Part shown: positions 49,284 to 50,786 of the stretch, in pieces
How the letters are laid out: every line of letters begins with the position of its first letter
Numbering within the stretch: the first letter of the stretch is position 1
Source: Girardia tigrina
Lineage: Eukaryota
DNA length: 50,786 nt
Reading direction: 5' to 3'
NCBI GenBank assembly: GCA_001938485.1
Contig: MQRK01243815.1
Location: 27,616-78,401, forward strand
The notes under the pieces: model-generated
The model's input: the letters and a program-made list of their open reading frames with translations, nothing else
Databases searched by the model: none
Told to the model about the DNA's origin: nothing
Made by a program: the position numbers and the translations under genes

Positions 49284-49655
49284 GACCCCCCCCGGGGGGG
49301 GGTCGTTACTAGTTACCGTGGTTGCCATGTTTACGTAACCAGTTACCATGCGGGGTTACCATGGCAACGGTCGCGATCACCTTAGCAACGCTTCTGATTG
49401 GTTCCTGGTTCCCTAGCAACGGTCGCGATTACCTAAAAACACTTCTGATTGGTCGACGGTTCCCTAGCAACGTTCACGATCACCTTAGGAACCGTTCCGG
49501 TTCACGTGGTGACGGTAACCAAGGTCACGGTTCCCAGGGTAACGGTAACCAAGGAACGTTTTTCATTAGCAACGGATACAGTGTTCCAAGGCGGTTGTAA
49601 CCATGGTTATGGTTCCCGCATTCATAGCAACCGTGACCCCGTAACTAAGGACCGT
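49284..49655. promoter_or_regulatory. GC-rich array of RFX X-box-like palindromes and CCAAT (Y) boxes, probably within a repeat element
   Basis: GTTACCATGGCAAC at 49355-49368, two GTTCCCTAGCAAC, GTTGCCATGTTTAC and GTTCCCAGGGTAAC. CTGATTGG at 49394 and 49445. Confidence 0.5.
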
Positions 49656-50411
49656 AGAAAAAAGTGCTAATCGATCACTGCACAGTGTCCAAATGTGCTA
49701 AGGAATATTTTGAAAGTGCTAATCGATAGTGCACATTTTGCCACACATTTCTAATGTGCTAGCCCAGTGCTTTTTAAGTTGCACATGTGTAAAAGTACGA
49801 AAATCAATACATTAAATTTTTTAAAAGTACTAGTGTCAAAAATCGATATCATGTATTTGATGCACATTTTGATTCTCTATTTGAATATGCAATTCAAATT
49901 TTCATATATTGATTACTTTTCTCTATAATTAGCATAATGTTTAAATTTACACAAAGTGCACATTGATTTTAAAGGTACAAGGAAGCAGAATATCAGAAAA
50001 ATGCTCATACACTTGAATAGGAAACTACATACGTACATTCAGATTCCACATCAACATTTTCGAAAAAGTGCTGATAAATCGATTTTTTCAAAAATTTTTG
50101 AAATTCTCAAAAAAGTGCTCAAAAATCTATTTTTTCGTACATATCTGAAACCTCTAGGATATATGTATGTTGTTTACCATCAAACAATACCCCATGAATC
50201 TCCTAATGTACACAAGTATAATCACAGGTACCGTGGTTACCGTAACCAAGATACATAACATTTTATTTTACATGTAAAAACGACATGTATAAAACTCCTA
50301 TTGTACTTTAAACATCAATAGAATACATAACATCTTTACAATCATCTATACAATCATGCACACAAGTATAATCACAAGTACCATGTTATTATTATATTAT
50401 ATATTATATTA

Positions 50412-50610
50412 TCTTATCTTATAAAAGCCCAAGTCACTCACTGCTTCACTAACGCTCATATTATCTACTTACAATTGTAAGTAGATATTTATATTAATAA
50501 TAATTCATATGGAAAATTATTATTAGCAGAATTATTCATGATAATTTTCCATATGAATTATTATTAATATAATTATCTACTTACAATTGTAAGTAGATAA
50601 TATGAGCATT
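50412..50610 (+). mobile_element. Helitron-like head (same as at 14438) followed by a 160-bp palindrome
   Basis: AAAAGCCCAAGTCACTCACTGC...TTCACTAACGCT is shared with 14448-14489. Inverted arms span 50451-50610. Confidence 0.6.
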
Positions 50611-50786
50611 CTTAATTTTGACTTTTTAAGCAAATTTTCGGTTGGCCTTTTGGAATTCAACATTTTCCATTCATTATATTTTTCGGTAGGATTTTCAACA
50701 ATGGCAACTTCTCAAAAGGGTAATTTACTGAATAATGAACGAGTATTTACCAAAAATATAGTTTATAAAGAAATTTTGTGAAGACA

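Noticed and set aside
49364-49495. CRISPR-like repeat/spacer appearance
   Set aside because: The units are degenerate tandem duplications without unique spacers, in a eukaryotic context with no cas genes.
49322-49670. ORFs with GNQGHGSQGNGNQG or VTVTKVTV repeats
   Set aside because: By-products of the 15-bp palindromic DNA repeat. They lack an ATG start and are open in more than one frame.
1-50786. tRNA, rRNA, snRNA or spliced-leader genes
   Set aside because: No recognisable examples were seen by eye. A tRNAscan-SE or Infernal run would be needed to exclude them.

Overview
AT-rich animal genomic DNA with GT-AG introns and four N gaps. The taxon cannot be fixed from sequence alone, although the transposon spectrum would fit an invertebrate such as a flatworm. 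One recognisable host gene runs on the + strand from upstream of 623 to 31896: an INPP5E-like ciliary inositol polyphosphate 5-phosphatase in 9-10 small exons ending in a CaaX box. The ORF track catches only one of these exons. A probable first exon of a second, unidentified gene starts at 47916. Nearly everything else is decayed and often nested mobile DNA: Penelope-like elements carrying hammerhead ribozymes, Ty3/gypsy and BEL LTR elements, solo LTRs, RTE LINEs, mariner, Tc1, ITmD37E, pogo, hAT, MULE, piggyBac, PIF/Harbinger MITEs and Helitron-like ends. The most notable observations are: (1) a dense RFX X-box array with two X-box/Y-box modules at about 49.3-49.65 kb; (2) three to four Penelope hammerhead ribozymes; (3) a 2-kb gypsy element with 105-bp LTRs whose removal restores the Penelope reading frame; (4) a five-element nested insertion at 42.3-47.4 kb with three exact TSDs; (5) a decayed coding frame at 38.9-40.6 kb with weak COLFI-like motifs. 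All protein family calls rest on manual translation and motif recognition; no database searches were run.
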